A DNA stretch of 62,878 bases, counting the filler, from Squatina squatina (Eukaryota): the NCBI GenBank assembly GCA_031763465.1. It is 4 parts of 4 records of this genome, joined end to end, with 100 filler letters (N's around TTAATTAATTAA, not from the genome) between each part and the next. Parts side by side here need not be neighbours in the genome. Positions count along the whole stretch, not along the records: positions 16,577 to 31,018 come from JARFOE010000189.1; positions 31,119 to 46,497 come from JARFOE010000007.1; 2 more parts are not named here. The stretch is one strand, 5' to 3'. Under the pieces are notes generated by a model, which worked only from the letters and a program-made list of their open reading frames with translations, was not told where the DNA came from and made no database searches. Both the position numbers and the translations under genes were made by a program. Shown here one piece after another: positions 25,217 to 38,600 of the stretch. How positions within the stretch are numbered: the stretch's first letter is position 1; each line of letters starts with the position of its first letter.

Positions 25217-26850
25217 AGAATGAAGTATAAAAGTATTATGACAACTTCCAGCATATCATGAATTTATGTACTAGAAGCTATGCCTGTCATTGCAAATAAC
25301 GTGCACATTTGTAGAATTGAAGTCATTACATTTCATATAAACGTGGGCGTATTATAGTTGGGGTTGCAATGTCACATGGGTGCACTAAATAGAAACCCTG
25401 GGGAATCCTGCAATTCTAAATACATTTTTAAACCAAACAATTTGACTTATTTTCAGGGGTAGTTAATAGCATCAAATGACACATGTAGGTCAAGAAAGTC
25501 CAAGCCAACCATGAATATATGTGTACAAAGAGCTCAGTCAGAACTGTTAATGTTAATGTTTGGTTAATAACCCAGATTAATGATGGTTGCTGCCTTCGTT
25601 TAAATAAATGAGGTCATCTTTTTCAATTACTATTGAAAAGCCTTGGGATTATTAAAGTAGCAACTGTATGTTAGTGTTACAAATTCAGGTCTGCTGTAGG
25701 TACCTTCTCAGGTACAGTGGTATCAGTCACTCCCATCAATAGTCTGAGCGCTTTACTTTATGGGAGTTGACTCATACTGCCCTCTATTAACTTTCGCGAT
25801 AGCTTAATCAAGGGATATAATAATAGCAACCCCTTGTGATCTGGATCAGATAGGTGGACTGAGAAAACACTTGGTGAGCCGAGGCCTGATCTAACAATAA
25901 GCTGCTCTATTTTGCAGTAATGTGAGCATACTGAATACCCATTATGATCAGACTCGTTTCATTCAAACAGTACAATTTACCTTCATAAAATGATACCAAA
26001 TAAAGTGCATGCCATGCTTCTCCACATCAGTGGGATATCTGACCTGACAGGGATCAAAGGACTTTTCAACACAATAGGTGAACAATATTTTTTGATTACC
26101 CACACAAATTAATGAATTGCTTATTGTTTAGTTATTGGGGAAAAAACTTTCCATTTTCACCTCGGTGCCTTCGTGAGACTATACTTTGTTTAAAAAAATT
26201 TAAAGTAATTCTTATTTCCAAATCCTTTCTGTCATCTGGAATACTTTCGAGACCCTTTGATAAATAATGTGGTTCTATAAGGATTTTGGAACTGATCTTG
26301 CTACTTTCACCAGTTTTTAAAATCATATTGAATCAAGGAGATGTACCTATCCCACAGACAGATTACAAGGCAATAATATTTTGGATGGCTTCAGGTAAGG
26401 TTTGTAAACCACAACAGCAAAGTAATCATGAATTATAATTTAAGCATTTCACCTATAAACTCACATTTAATGCTGAGTTTTAAATTTACTGTTGAATAAT
26501 GCAGCCAGTACTTTTATTTATTCCAATTGTCTTCCCTTCCCCCAGTTTTCTACCTGATTTTCAAGGCTCATGCTGCAGTGCAATGCTATTGTGAGTGCCA
26601 ATATCAGGAAAGGAATTGACACCATGCAGATGCTCATTGCAGTACTTTGAAAGTATGTAAGTGGGTGGACCTCTGACCCAGGCTACATTACGCTACAGAG
26701 ACCATATAGGGTCATGGAATACAGAAGATAGGACATGTCTTTGTGCATTCATTGTTCTAGTGCTTCAATTGCGACAGGTTGCTCTTGTCATTTTAGTTTG
26801 CAGATTGGAATTTAGAATTAGCCGAGCTGCATATTTTCCTNNNNNNNNNN

Positions 26851-27051
26851 GGCTAGATTTCTGCCGTTGCCGCCTGGACTTTTAAGCACTGTCTTGTCTG
26901 CAGGAGGCGCACTATCGCCTGCACGGGAACAGAACGGGCCGGATTTATCTAAATAAATGGCAGGACAATCAGGAGAGTGTGCAAACGGGCGCGCGACCCT
27001 CCTCTTCCACGCTCCTCCCAGACGACACTTAACAAAGGGAAAATCTACCCC
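26851..27051. mobile_element. MITE (about 200 bp) with TIRs
   Basis: ggctagatttc / gaaaatctacccc termini; inner partial inverted match ttaag..gtctgcaggagg / ctcctcccagacgacacttaa. Confidence 0.6.
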
Positions 27052-27445
27052 GTCCTAGTTGTTCCCACTAATGCTGAACAATCCCATCATGCCTTGCAGC
27101 TTTCAAAGTTCCTGCCATAAAAACCCCGGAATTTCTGAGCTGGTGAGATACAGAATGGGTTAAAAATGGCTAAAAAATAGGTAATAGTAAGAGAGTCTTG
27201 TCCACGTTTCCCTATTACTATTACATTCAGCCAGCCTGCTGAAGCTCCTGTTTGCTATTTCTCTCACCCACAAATTCTCCCTGTATTAGGGTGGTTCAGC
27301 TGGCACTGTCTCCAAAGAGACTTCCAGAGACCCACTTCCCGTGCANNNNNNNNNNNNNNNNNNNNNNNNNNNNNNNNNNNNNNNNNNNNNNNNNNNNNNN
27401 NNNNNNNNNNNNNNNNNNNNNNNNNNNNNNNNNNNNNNNNNNNNN

Positions 27446-27537
27446 CTCATCACCACCTTCTCAAGGGCAACTAGGGATGGGCAATAAATGCTGGCCTTAC
27501 CAGCAATGCCTAAGTCCCAAAAATGATTTTTTTTTTA
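27446..27537 (+). mobile_element. LINE/SINE 3' tail (CR1/L2-type)
   Basis: ccaccttctcaagggcaactagggatgggcaataaatgctggcc; same tail in reverse at about 50880-50960. Confidence 0.75.
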
Positions 27538-29259
27538 AAAGCTCAGCATTCAAAACAGGGAGCCCAAGACACACTTCAGGAGAAGCAGAAACAACATCCA
27601 GATACATGGGCTCCTACTCCTAAAGCTATGAAATGAATAAACAGGGTTTTTTTTTAATACAATATGTTTCCCTCTTACTTCGCTGGCTGCCTGCCAGCCC
27701 ATTTTTCCTCAGGTGGGAGGGAGCCTTAGACTTGTACTCGCTCCCTATTAATGTCATTCTGTCACTGGCTGTCAAGCGAGATTGATGGATATGGGATTGC
27801 TCCTCCCTCAGAATGTCTTACTCCCGGGCACTACTGCAAGTGGCAGCCCAGCTGAGAATTGGTTGGATAACTGACTGCATTGAACTGAAGTGTGGTGGGC
27901 GACCTCAAACTTGTAAACCTTTCAGTTAAAGAATCGAGCGCTCACAAAAATGTGACCAGGACTGGCAGACCATTCCGGAAGTGTTAATTTTAACAACAGC
28001 TAGAAAAACTCCCATGTGTTTAAACTCCTTTCCGTGATTTGAATAGTGCAACCGCACTGAAGGAATCTTATGAAAATTGACACCAGCAGTTATATCACAG
28101 CACAGAGTTAAATAGCAAAGCTGTTTTGGAGTGTTTGTGGCTTCGTTGTACAGAAGCCAATTACAAGCGCGATGTTATGTACTGTACCTACAAAAAAATT
28201 ATCCCCACCTCCAGATTCTTCCATTGCACTTTTAGCAAACATATTGACACATTTTTACCTACAAATATGTGGTAAATCTTNNNNNNNNNNNNNNNNNNNN
28301 NNNNNNNNNNNNNNNNNNNNNNNNNNNNNNNNNNNNNNNNNNNNNNNNNNNNNNNNNNNNNNNNNNNNNNNNNNNNNNNNTGAATGCTTAAGGTGGTGGA
28401 CAGGTTACCAATCAAGCGGGCTGCTTTGTCCTGGAGGTTTCAGTGGCCTGGAGGGTTAATGTTCAAAGCTGTCATTGGCGGGGCAAGTATGCTGAACCCT
28501 GCGTCAGTTCCGAAGAAAATAAAATAATGTTAAGGATGTCAGATGGGCCTCGGCTAATTTCAGTACATTTATTCTTTCAAGTAATGACTCAAAGTCGTGT
28601 CCCACCACGTCAGATGGGGAAAAAGTACCATTCTGTTATTTCAGTGCAGCAGTTAAAAATACAAACTGTGTTTCTCCAACGCAGAAGGTAGAATTCAGAC
28701 CACTTCCTCTGGACAAGAACCACAGCAGCAGACTGACACGGCCAAAGATGATCATGTGGGAGTGCTTTAAATAGTGAGTAAGAGAGCGGGGCTGCACCTG
28801 CGACCTTCCACTGGGCTTGTTCTTCCACTCTGTGTTGTTTCCACAATGTAAAGTTAAGGAAAGATCACAAAGAAATGCTGTATGTACAGCCACAATTACT
28901 CACCCCCACCTCCTATGTAAGTGTCATATACTGTCTAAAGCCCAAAGTTGTTGAGAATCAGTACTTTTGAGTTTATTAATATCACTGTCGCACTTTCAGA
29001 CAGGAACTGCCAAGCATGTGTGTTGCAACTGTAAACCCTTGATCCTTATCAAGCGTTCATTTTATTCAAATGTGAACTAAGGCCCTATTGGAAAGTTTCT
29101 TACTGAGTATTTTCCTGGGAAATTAGGATGTATTAGGACTGACTAGTTGCGGCAAATGCTTTGAAAAACATCACAGGTGGAAAGCTATACTCAAAATTGC
29201 CTTCCAATATTGCACAAAGGGACGTCACAAATATTGAGCTAAATTTAACCTGTTACATT

Positions 29260-29326
29260 GAAACATAGAAAATAGGAGCAGGAGTAGGCCATTCGGCCCT
29301 TCGAGCCTGCTCCGCCATTCAATATG
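29260..29326 (-). mobile_element. CR1/HE1-type 3' tail
   Basis: gaaacatagaaaataggagcaggagtaggccattcggcccttcgagcctgctccgcc. Confidence 0.9.
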
Positions 29327-29649
29327 NNNNNNNNNNNNNNNNNNNNNNNNNNNNNNNNNNNNNNNNNNNNNNNNNNNNNNNNNNNNNNNNNNNNNNNNNN
29401 NNNNNNNNNNNNNNNNNNNNNNNNNNAGTTATTGTTGTTGTTGATTTCAGTGTTCAGCCAGTGCTAAACACGTTGTTGATTGGCTGGATGCATCAGCAGG
29501 GGGCCGATATTTTGAGAGGATAGAACCAGTTAAAGCTAGCCTGCACTGCTTGAAGCTACCATGCACCTCTTAAAGGGGAGGTGCATTGTGGCTGGAGCAG
29601 GTTCTGGAAGTCATTCAGGAAGTGAATCTGACCTGGGAAACAGTGAAAA

Positions 29650-29888
29650 ATGGCACAACATTGGAGCAAGCTGGACCAAGGTATTCCAACACTGCACTGG
29701 AGACCTTGGTGAAGGAAGTGGAAAGGAGGAGGGATATCCAATATCCACAGGGAGTCAGCAGGCCCTCCAGATGCGAGCTTAGAAGGCAGTGGGATCAGAT
29801 AGCCAGGGAGGTCAATACCAGGTGTCAAGCCTCGAGGACCTATATGCAGTGCCACAAGATGTTTAATGACTTCACACGAGTGGTCAAG
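29650..29888 (+). pseudogene. Harbinger-associated Myb/SANT-like (trihelix) DNA-binding protein, exon 1 remnant
   Basis: PRYSNTALETLVKEVERRRDIQYP..RRQWDQIAREVN..RTYMQCHKMFNDFTRVVK followed by donor AAG|gtcagt at 29889; the likely ATG at 29650 is one nucleotide out of frame with the domain. Confidence 0.8.
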
Positions 29889-30809
29889 GTCAGTGATTGC
29901 ATCTTCAAATGCCATAGCCTACCAACTGCACTACTAACTTCAGTCAGTGCTCAGTGCAGCACATGCACACCATTCTTTAGCAATCAGGACTGATGCATCA
30001 CATTCACAGGTTCACCTCANNNNNNNNNNNNNNNNNNNNNNNNNNNNNNNNNNNNNNNNNNNNNNNNNNNNNNNNNNNNNNNNNNNNNNNNNNNNNNNNN
30101 NNNNNNNNNNNNNNNNNNNCGGAGCCGCCCTCTGCACAGTGACCGAGAGAATGCGAAACTGACCTTTGGAAAGTATCAGCCCCCTCCTCCCCTCCTCCTT
30201 GGCGGATGTCCTCTGTGGCTATTTCCTAAATGTCCCCTAGTGTTTTATTTATCTAAATATTTCCCATATGGAGGGAAATTATAGCCCGTGTTGTAGCCAG
30301 CGCGGCTCTGGTCCTCAGACCCGCCCCCCTCCTTTCAGTGAGACGCGACTTGCTCAGCCCACCATGGAAAGTTAAGTGGATCCGGCAGCAACATGCCATG
30401 CACCATCTGAGCTCCCGAGACTCGCGGTGCCTTTTTATTTGAGCCGGCCGGTGTTTATTAAAATGTCAGTCCCGAGAACAGGGCTGGGCCAGGCACCAAA
30501 TTCAGGCAGCGTGACATTGCTGTGCCGTACATTTTATCAGCAAATTGGCTTCTTGTCGCCACTCCAATTTGTGATGGAATGTATTTTTTCAAATTGGAAA
30601 AAAAAAGCAGCAATTCAGTCGCTATCTTTCGAGAATCGGTCTACGGGCGGTGTTACTAAATTAACGAAAATAAAACACTGTTTGGAAATCTTGAGGCTGG
30701 GGAAATCCCGGGCGATGGTTTCCATTGCAAGAGCGCAGCGCCCGAGGGGCGCGTCAACAGAGGGCGCTCGCAGCAGGCGCCAGGAGCAGGTGAGGCTGAA
30801 CCTGAGACA

Positions 30810-31018
30810 GAGTGAAGGGAGAGAGAGCAAAGGGAGCTCAGAGAGTACAGAGAGAGTAAAGGGAGCTCAGAGAGTACAGAGAGAGTAAAGGGAGCTCAGA
30901 GAGTGAGAGAGTACAGAGAGAGCAAAGGGAGGTCAGAGAGTGAGAGTACAGAGAGAGTAAAGGGAGCTCAGAGAGTGAGAGAGTACAGAGAGAGTAAAGG
31001 GAGCTCAGAGAGTGAGAG
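30810..31018. repeat. Purine-rich minisatellite
   Basis: Units gagagtacagagagagtaaagggagctca (about 27-35 bp) running into the spacer. Confidence 0.9.
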
Positions 31019-31118
31019 NNNNNNNNNNNNNNNNNNNNNNNNNNNNNNNNNNNNNNNNNNNNTTAATTAATTAANNNNNNNNNNNNNNNNNNNNNNNNNN
31101 NNNNNNNNNNNNNNNNNN
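31019..31118. other. Artificial scaffold spacer
   Basis: 44 N + TTAATTAATTAA + 44 N. Confidence 0.97.
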
Positions 31119-31722
31119 CCTTGATCTGTGGAGAGGTTTGTGTGGTGGACATGTATCCCCAGGACTCTATTGGGCCTGACAAGAACACATTTCACTTGTG
31201 ACCCTTGACCTCTGAGAAGGCATAGAGCAAATTTACTGTACCATAGTCCTCAGTGGCTCACTTTAACCCTTTCAGGTCAAAAGGAGCTGGACAATTCCCA
31301 TTTAAAAATGAAAAGAAAATCGAGAAATTCTTCGGCTCAACAGGGTTACGGTGGGATCTTGCTAAGATTTACAATCACCATCATGAATGATCCATTGATT
31401 ATCATACTGGAATAGGAACATAAAGAATTTAATTAGCTCATAATCCCCACATTTCAACACAGAATCTGCTACTGTCATTAAGTCAGGGTGTGAGCTTATT
31501 GCATTTATTTTAGATGCATATTATTTTCCTTCTCTCCACAGAGAAGTTTTGAAGTTTAAAAAAAAATTACATTTTCTTTCATTGCGTTTACAATTTGGAA
31601 TTTATTCACGAAATGTCGCACTTTTGATCTACCTGTTTCAGTTAACTCTAGGAATTTGGTCTTCAATTTAAAGAACTTGAGGACCCAATTGGACATCACT
31701 AGCGACGAGGAGAGAATTGGTC

Positions 31723-32051
31723 TGGGGCTCGGGATTTTAGCACCGGCCCCGGAGCATTGTCTTCTGACCCCCAATTGGGGTCCTTGCTGTTTTTACGGGT
31801 CAGCGCACCGTGGCAGCGCTAACGAAGCGCTGACCCGGCTCTCAGCTGGCGAGTGCGGCCAAGCGTCGTCAACGGGGGATGGGGGGGGTGGGGGTGTGGA
31901 AAAGGCCGGCACGCCAGAGAGTGTGGCGGCAAATGTCAGCAGCGGCACAGGGGGCTGCTCGGCCGCCATACATTGGCCGACAGGGAAGTGGGCCGATGTA
32001 AAAAAAATATCGGCCGACGGTGCACACCACCTATCCTTTAACTGTTGTTGC
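31723..32051. mobile_element. GC-rich Harbinger-like non-autonomous element fragment
   Basis: ttttagcacc and ggcagcgctaa motifs shared with 17845-18542 and 32716-33154. Confidence 0.5.
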
Positions 32052-32494
32052 NNNNNNNNNNNNNNNNNNNNNNNNNNNNNNNNNNNNNNNNNNNNNNNNN
32101 NNNNNNNNNNNNNNNNNNNNNNNNNNNNNNNNNNNNNNNNNNNNNNNNNNNCTGGAGTCGATAAGTTCAAACAGTAACAATAGCACACCAAAAGCTGTTT
32201 ACTCAGTGTATTTTCACATAACGTCTATGTCTCCCTCTTGTCTATAAAACCTGATAACATTGTGATTGAACTGAACATAATGAGGCCTTTAAAAATTCAC
32301 AGTGGCATTTGTTCCTAAAAAATAAACAATACAAACCTGTTCCCTCATCAGTTATTAAAAATACCATCCAAAGGAAACTATTACAATGCTCACACAATCA
32401 TGTTATGTGTGTACTTCATACCAGGTCTCGCTGTTATACATATATTAAACATACCTTACCAGTATGTTATGAATGTATATCTGCTATGTGCACA

Positions 32495-32715
32495 CTAATT
32501 TACAGCACAGAATCAGAACATTCAGCCTAATTTGGTCTATGCGACGTTTATGCTCCACATGAGCCACTGCCACTTATCTTATCCTATCAACATAGCCTGC
32601 TAGTCCTTTCACCCTCATGCACTTATCTAGCTTCCCTTTAAATGCATCGATACTATTTGCCTCAACCACTTCAAGCGGTAGCCAGTTTCACATTCTCACC
32701 ACTCTCTGAGTAAAG
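32495..32715 (-). mobile_element. CR1 3' end
   Basis: tacagcacagaa..cattcagcc..tctagcttccctttaaatgcatc..cacattctcaccactctctgagtaaag; the same family occurs at about 53985-54190. Confidence 0.75.
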
Positions 32716-33154
32716 GAGCGCCCAAGTGATCTGCTGTCGCTCCCAGGTAGTGCCGAACAGCGGCGCTACCCGGGTGCGAAAGCAGTGTCCAGCAAAAATT
32801 TTGGGATTTCCCCAATTAGGCCTGGTGCCCTGGCAGCGCTAAGGTCTTGTCACCAGGATCGGCGTTGGCGCCAGGGTAAGGCGCGTGATGTCATCAAGTC
32901 ATGCGCCAAACTCTTTACACCAGACCGCGACACCCCTCTGCATTGCTGGCAGTCCGCCTCCAGAATTGGATCGCGGCTCACCGGCGAGGCCCCAGGCATA
33001 GCAACAACAGGGTTAACGGCGCTGGGTGAGCACCAGCGGTCGCCATGTTTTTGCAACAGCTGACAACGGCCTGGCGGCTGATTGCACTCCATCACCGCTT
33101 GTCCCATTTGCCAGCTCTCTGGCGTGCCAGCATTTTTCCCCACCAGGACCCATG
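32716..33154. mobile_element. GC-rich Harbinger-like non-autonomous element fragment
   Basis: gagcgccc, ggcgctac and ggcagcgctaa motifs; CpG-rich block with sharp borders. Confidence 0.5.
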
Positions 33155-34086
33155 NNNNNNNNNNNNNNNNNNNNNNNNNNNNNNNNNNNNNNNNNNNNNN
33201 NNNNNNNNNNNNNNNNNNNNNNNNNNNNNNNNNNNNNNNNNNNNNNNNNNNNNNGGTCAGAGCTGACAGACTTCAAATTAAATTCCATTTTTTATTGAAT
33301 TGAGCAACAATTTATTAAATCAAAATCACACGTTGTAATCTGATTTTTTTTTTTAACTTTCTGATCTCCTTGGTATGTGCAACCTTTGAAAAATTCCAAG
33401 TTAGAGCTTGGCACTCTTTCCTCTCAATTGCCTTTTCCATTAAGTTAAAAAAAAGAGGAAATTGCTGTGCTGTTTAGAAAGAATAGGCTTTGGGCATTGC
33501 AAGTATTACTGATCTAAGTATTCCCACGTGCATGGGTCTGTAGCACACTTCTATTGTAAGTGGAGGGCATTTATTCCTTATGTTAAGCCTATAATGGTCC
33601 CGTAGTACTTTGGAATTTCCACATTTTTTATCCCACATCCTTTTATCCCTACATACAGTCATTTAAAAAGTTGCTAATGGTTTGTGACTGGCACACTTAC
33701 CTCAGAGAAGTGATGATAAAAATATCTTAACTGCCTAAACAAGTATGACCTTTAAAAATAATTCCATATGTTCTTCGGCTAAACTACCACTGCACTGTTC
33801 AAGTATTGATGGCCTAGAAATTCAGGCGGGCCTATTCTTGGGTGCATTACCCGCACGNNNNNNNNNNNNNNNNNNNNNNNNNNNNNNNNNNNNNNNNNNN
33901 NNNNNNNNNNNNNNNNNNNNNNNNNNNNNNNNNNNNNNNNNNNNNNNNNNNNNNNNNNNNNNNNNNNNNNNNNNNNNNNNNNNNNNNNNNNNNNNNNNNN
34001 NNNNNNNNNNNNNNNNNNNNNNNNNNNNNNNNNNNNNNNNNNNNNNNNNNNNNNNNNNNNNNNNNNNNNNNNNNNNNNNNNNNNNN

Positions 34087-34287
34087 GCTTCCCCTGAATT
34101 CCCTATTGGATTCATTAGTGAATGGTCTCCCTACAAGTAGAAACATCTTCCCTTCATCTACCCTATCAAACAGTTTCATAATCTTAAAGACCTCTATCAG
34201 GTCACCCTCTCGGCCTTCCCTTGTCTAGAGAAAAGAGTCCCAGCCCGTTCAATCTTTCCTGATAACCTCTCAGTTCTGGTACCATCA
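34087..34287 (-). mobile_element. CR1 ORF2 C-terminal fragment
   Basis: Minus strand ..DLIEVFKIMKLFDRVDEGKMF. Confidence 0.85.
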
Positions 34288-34289
34288 TG

Positions 34290-34445
34290 TCTTCTCTTCT
34301 CTCTCAGGCAGGCCCTCGGGGTCGAGGATGACTTGTTTCCACTCTGGAGTTGTGGGTTCTGAGGTGACTAAATAGTCCAATACTGGATCCGCAAACTCGA
34401 CCACAGGTGAGGCAGGTGTTGTTTGGTGGGGCGAGTGGGTGGGAC
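34290..34445 (-). mobile_element. RTE-clade LINE 3' end
   Basis: C-terminal C2H2 finger CLTCGRVCGSSIGLFSHLRTH, then gtcatcctcgaccccgaggg and a GA-rich microsatellite tail. Confidence 0.85.
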
Positions 34446-35625
34446 TAAATGAATATGGAATAAAGTAATCAGAATGTAGGACAGCTAATAGTTAATTGTA
34501 GAGATTATCATAGGTACATCCTTATAACCCATTCATATTAGGCCTTCATTATTCATAAGTTATGGGTCTACAAACTAGTGAAATTATTCTGTCAACCAAC
34601 TGCTTTGTAAAGCTTATTTTTGCTTATTCCCCTTGCCAACACTACTCTTCCCCACAGAAACTATTTTCAATAGAAACACATTAATGTGAGAAGTGACAAA
34701 GTTATGTGTTCAATTAAAAATTACTTGAGCAATAATTATTCAATTTGTAATCAACTACAACTATACACATCTGCAAATAACATTATTCTCAGATAAGCAT
34801 TTTCCTAATAATTGCAATTTTCTATGCCTCAAACCACCTTTTTTAATCATTGAAAATATTTATCTTAATTGGATAGTACTGTGCAACATGTTTCCGGATT
34901 CATATGTTCAACTGAGAAGCGTTGCACAATCCATACATCCAGGCTTGGTTTAAACTTGGTTGATAATCAGAAAATTGCACCAAGCCCTGTACGCTTTTAT
35001 TTGCTAAATGGTCCATGCAATTAACAGGAATACAATTGTAAAGCAAATTNNNNNNNNNNATCTTCTCACTGTGCCAGCACTGATTCGTCAGAGAAGAGGG
35101 GACAAAGACTGCCAGAGTGAGAATATCTGAAGCATGAGGCCCTATTCAGCACCCACCTCAGGGGCACGATTAGGTGTTCATGCCCGTGTACAAAACAGTT
35201 AATTTCCCTGCATTGGGAGTATGTAGGAACTTAGGAATACAGGAATAGGAGTAGGCCATTCAACCCTTTGAGCGTGTTCCACCATCTATAAGGTAACATG
35301 TTATGATAATTGCATTTAACCCAATGGATAAGTCTTCAGTGATCACTTCATTATCTACACAAAGCAAGAGTTCTATGAATCCAAGTACCAAGAAGATAAA
35401 TATCTACCCGTCATATATGCTGGCGCAGTAAAATATTTCCCCCCGTTGTTAGACCCCTGTCATTTTTAAACAAAAAAACTTTCATTCATTGCTACCAAAG
35501 GTGTCTACTTACTCATACCTGCCAGCCATCCACATTAAAATTAACAGTCAGTGTTTCAACCCAATCTGTCAGCTTGTTAGCATTTCACACAAAAGGAAAT
35601 TGCCTTTTCCCCAGTGCGATCGATG

Positions 35626-35677
35626 ATTGTCAATATTAATTGTCAGTATTAATTGTCAATATTAATTGTCAGTATTA
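35626..35677. repeat. 13-bp tandem repeat (26-bp dimer), four units before a gap
   Basis: attgtcaatatta and attgtcagtatta alternate. Confidence 0.9.
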
Positions 35678-38600
35678 AATNNNNNNNNNNNNNNNNNNNN
35701 NNNNNNNNNNNNNNNNNNNNNNNNNNNNNNNNNNNNNNNNNNNNNNNNNNNNNNNNNNNNNNNNNNNNNNNNNNNNNNNNNNNNNNNNNNNNNNNNNNNN
35801 NNNNNNNNNNNNNNNNNNNNNNNNNNNNNNNNNNNNNNNNNNNNNNNNNNNNNNNNNNNNNNNNNNNNNNNNNNNNNNNNNNNNNNNNNNNNNNNNNNNN
35901 NNNNNNNNNNNNNNNNNNNNNNNNNNNNNNNNNNNNNNNNNNNNNNNNNNNNNNNNNNNNNNNNNNNNNNNNNNNNNNNNNNNNNNNNNNNNNNNNNNNN
36001 NNNNNNNNNNNNNNNNNNNNNNNNNNNNNNNNNNNNNNNNNNNNNNNNNNNNNNNNNNNNNNNNNNNNNNNNNNNNNNNNNNNNNNNNNNNNNNNNNNNN
36101 NNNNNNNNNNNNNNNNNNNNNNNNNNNNNNNNNNNNNNNNNNNNNNNNNNNNNNNNNNNNNNNNNNNNNNNNNNNNNNNNNNNNNNNNNNNNNNNNNNNN
36201 NNNNNNNNNNNNNNNNNNNNNNNNNNNNNNNNNNNNNNNNNNNNNNNNNNNNNNNNNNNNNNNNNNNNNNNNNNNNNNNNNNNNNNNNNNNNTTGTAGAA
36301 GTAGACATTTTTCACCTTGGGCATATAGAAAAAAGGGAACAGCAATGACAGGCGTCCATACAATGGGTGACAAAGTTCGGTGGCTGAAGGTGACACTGTG
36401 GAGATGGATTGACCCAGTTAGTTGCTATGTGGAAATCAAATTAAATAACATTATAAAAGAGTTGTCAGTTTGGTAGTGTTCCCTCAAATCCCACTGGTTA
36501 TAACTTCCTTAACTAAGTAGTTTATAATGTTGGAACAAAATGGGTACAATATTTGAAATCCATGGTGGAGTAAAATTGCTATAGCCACGAACTGAAGCAC
36601 CTTCAGTCAGATACTGCCAAGTAGTGAATGTAGAAGTTGAAGCAGAAAGCAGGGTACATAGGGCCTGGGGTTTATAGGTAGATGAATTAAAGAAAATATT
36701 CTGTGCTACAACCTGTTGGCTAGGTCAAGTAAATCAACATGTTACACCAGATTCACTACAAGGGTTTTGAGATATTCTAACTCATCAGAGAGCCTAGAAA
36801 TGAGGTCTGGTTCGACCATTAACTTCTTCCTTGTGCTTGCGGTGGTCAAAATGAGTTCAATCTGCAGAATGAGGCTCACTTAACAACTGTGACTGAAAAC
36901 AGGGGATTAAAATACACGAAAGTGGTATCTTTAAAATCTGCTCTTTAACTTTCAAAATTCCACCTCCCATACTGACTCACAGAGGTTAGGAGTTTTTTCC
37001 CAAAATGTATTGCAGTTTTATTTTTTGCCAAGCTGGGGTTTATTATAAGAAATAAAGTGCATGGATTCGATGCCAGAGTTTAAGCATTTTCTATCATTGT
37101 CCATCTGTGTCAGTTAAAAACAAGATAACATCTCTTTGAGAGTTATTAATGTCCAACTATAAAGTTGGAAACCAAATTCCTTGAACATATGCGGATCCTG
37201 TCATCCTTTAATTTACCTTTGGTTTGGAGACAAAAATAACAGCATCAAATCCCTGCGGGCTCGTAACACCCTGACACGGCTTCAAGAAGAAGATAGTGAT
37301 ACGATGATAAAACCTAATAAACACAATATAAAAGCCTTGACCAGCATCAGTGGTGTGTGCCAGTGTAAGCAAATCCCCCACCCAAGGCAAACAAAGAGGC
37401 CTCAAATTCAAGGACGTCCACTGAGATGTTCTCAAGAGGGAAAAAAAGACTTTAGGCCACAACCCCTGCACGTCAGCTGGACAGTAAGTGATGAACGTGT
37501 TTGTAGAAAAATATTTTTGCTCGGTTCAAATCAGTAAGGAATTGATTATGGGACCTGTGAACAAATTCCAACCCAGTTATTGCAAAAGTCCTTCTTCGCT
37601 TGCCACAAATCATCTCTGCTGATGTTTTGGTGGAAAAAAATTAGAAAAATTTCAATTTCAGGAACTTTATTATTTTCATTAATCATTGCAGTGCTGTCAC
37701 NNNNNNNNNNNNNNNNNNNNNNNNNNNNNNNNNNNNNNNNNNNNNNNNNNNNNNNNNNNNNNNNNNNNNNNNNNNNNNNNNNNNNNNNNNNNNNNNNNNN
37801 NNNNNNNNNNNNNNNNNNNNNNNNNNNNNNNNNNNNNNNNNNNNNNNNNNNNNNNNNNNNNNNNNNNNNNNNNNNNNNNNNNNNNNNNNNNNNNNNNNNN
37901 NNNNNNNNNNNNNNNNNNNNNNNNNGTATGCCCATAAAGTGTGGGAGACGTGTAATTTGCCGAGCAAATACAGCTTCATTTTCTCCCAGCCCCGGCCGTT
38001 TCAGCATCTTCAAACAGCCCCTGACCTGTAAAAAATTCTAACAAATTGGCTCCTATTGTGGAGCCAAAGGTGCTAACAATGAGGCGATGGTCGGCTGGTC
38101 CCAATGTGTGGAGGGAGAGCTGGGGGGGCCAGCATCAATGGCCCTGGCAGTATGACAGTAACCCTTTCAGGACTTCGCTTCCTTCCCAGCTTGCTTGCCT
38201 TATTTTTTTTCTAAAAACCACGCTTGCATTGCATAAAGCTCTACAGGTTCGGTGAATGCGGATTGTCTGCCGCGCATTTCGTTCAACAGGTTGAGTAATT
38301 TGGGAGCTGGGTATTCCCAAGTTCCGGAAAAGTCCCATTTAGAGAGGTCGGGATTTAGCGCTAATCGTTTCCCCCCCCTAAACGCCGCTACCTTTCAAAG
38401 CTTCAGGCGTGCAAGCTATCAGACGCCAAGCAGATTCAGCATTCTGCCATAGCCAGTGGCCTCTTATCGATGGTGGGCGTCCCTGTGAATTTAAATGGTG
38501 CAGAAGAGTACACTGGAGAGGTTCAGAAGGGGTTAAAGATGCAGATCAGGCTGCCAGAAGTAATAAGGGGCAAGGGGGAGGGGGTGGGGGAAATAAAATG

